DNA of 26,458 nucleotides from Candidatus Omnitrophota bacterium (lineage in GTDB: Bacteria; Omnitrophota; Omnitrophia; Omnitrophales; Danuiimicrobiaceae). The stretch lies in contig JACQQO010000011.1 of the NCBI GenBank assembly GCA_016206955.1, forward strand, positions 1-26,458, written 5' to 3'. The first letter of the stretch is position 1. Every line of letters starts with the position of its first letter. Shown here in pieces: positions 26,050 through 26,458 of this stretch. The notes beneath the pieces are model-generated. The model saw only the letters and a program-made list of their open reading frames with translations. It did not search any database and was not told the origin of the DNA. Position numbers and translations under genes: made by a program.

Positions 26050-26358
26050 TTACAACTTAATCTCAACATCGACGCCGGCTGGAAGCGCAAGTTTCATGAG
26101 CGCATCGACCGTCCGTGCCGTTGGTTCCATAATGTCTAAAAGCCGTTTGTGCGTACGCATCTCAAATTGCTCGCGTGCTTTTTTATCAATCGTTGGACCC
26201 TTTAAAACGGTGGTTTTCCAAATATCCGTTGGAAGCGGAATGGGCCCGATCACGCGAGCGCCTGTCATTTTGACGGTATTCACAATTTCCTGAACCGATT
26301 GATCCAGAATTCTGTGATCATATGCTCTTAATTTGATGCGTACTTTTTCTTTGAGCAT
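26050..26358 (-). CDS. rpsJ: 30S ribosomal protein S10 (NusE)
   Basis: [42 protein letters not shown]. Confidence 0.99.
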   Translation of the reverse strand: MLKEKVRIKLRAYDHRILDQSVQEIVNTVKMTGARVIGPIPLPTDIWKTTVLKGPTIDKKAREQFEMRTHKRLLDIMEPTARTVDALMKLALPAGVDVEIKL

Positions 26359-26458
26359 CAGCGCGTAGCCCCTTCAATAATGCCTTTAGCAATATTAGTC
26401 GGAACTTCCTTGTAATTATGAAACTCCATCGGAGACGGTACCGCGCGGCCTTGCGAAA
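26358..26458 (-). CDS. fusA: Elongation factor G, 3' end only (runs off the window)
   Basis: Manual translation from 26456: [32 protein letters not shown], matching the EF-G domain V C-terminus (xQGRA..MEF.hY.eVP.n.a..ii); TGA overlaps the rpsJ ATG. Confidence 0.88.
   Translation of the reverse strand, partial: SQGRAVPSPMEFHNYKEVPTNIAKGIIEGATR

Noticed and set aside
156-26293. The remaining short alternative-frame and antisense ORFs in the track
   Set aside because: All lie within well-supported genes and show no motifs, SD or operon logic.
26358-26458. Terminal fragment as tuf, the usual neighbour of rpsJ
   Set aside because: The translation matches the EF-G C-terminus and lacks the EF-Tu ending (REGGRTVGAG).

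Overview
This is a housekeeping window with no mobile elements, CRISPR arrays or RNA genes. About 20.4 kb of the minus strand (26458 to 6019) is a near-continuous gene run: the 3' end of fusA, the S10, spc and alpha ribosomal clusters (with secY, adk, map, infA, rpmJ, rpoA), then aspC, mfd, surA and pdxA. There is no tuf between fusA and rpsJ and no rpmD. Together with the RpoA and L14 N-termini, this suggests a PVC-superphylum organism, possibly Omnitrophota (inference only). The left 6 kb holds an SsuABC/NitT-TauT-type ABC transporter, a cold-shock gene, a DUF3047-like gene, an aldose 1-epimerase and a divergent class I/II PLP enzyme. Five observations stand out. (1) An intact 640-aa Mfd keeps the UvrA-binding D2, RID, translocase and TRG modules but lacks D1a, D1b/D3 and the autoinhibitory D7. 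(2) L17 has a long charged tail ending in a MinD-type amphipathic helix, a possible ribosome membrane tether. (3) A perfect sigma70 promoter inside the DUF3047 3' end drives a ~150-nt csp leader that contains an intrinsic terminator and a competing pairing (candidate attenuator). (4) The PLP enzyme lacks the carboxylate-binding Arg. (5) The uS10 tip loop is unusual. All domain calls come from motif recognition, not database searches.
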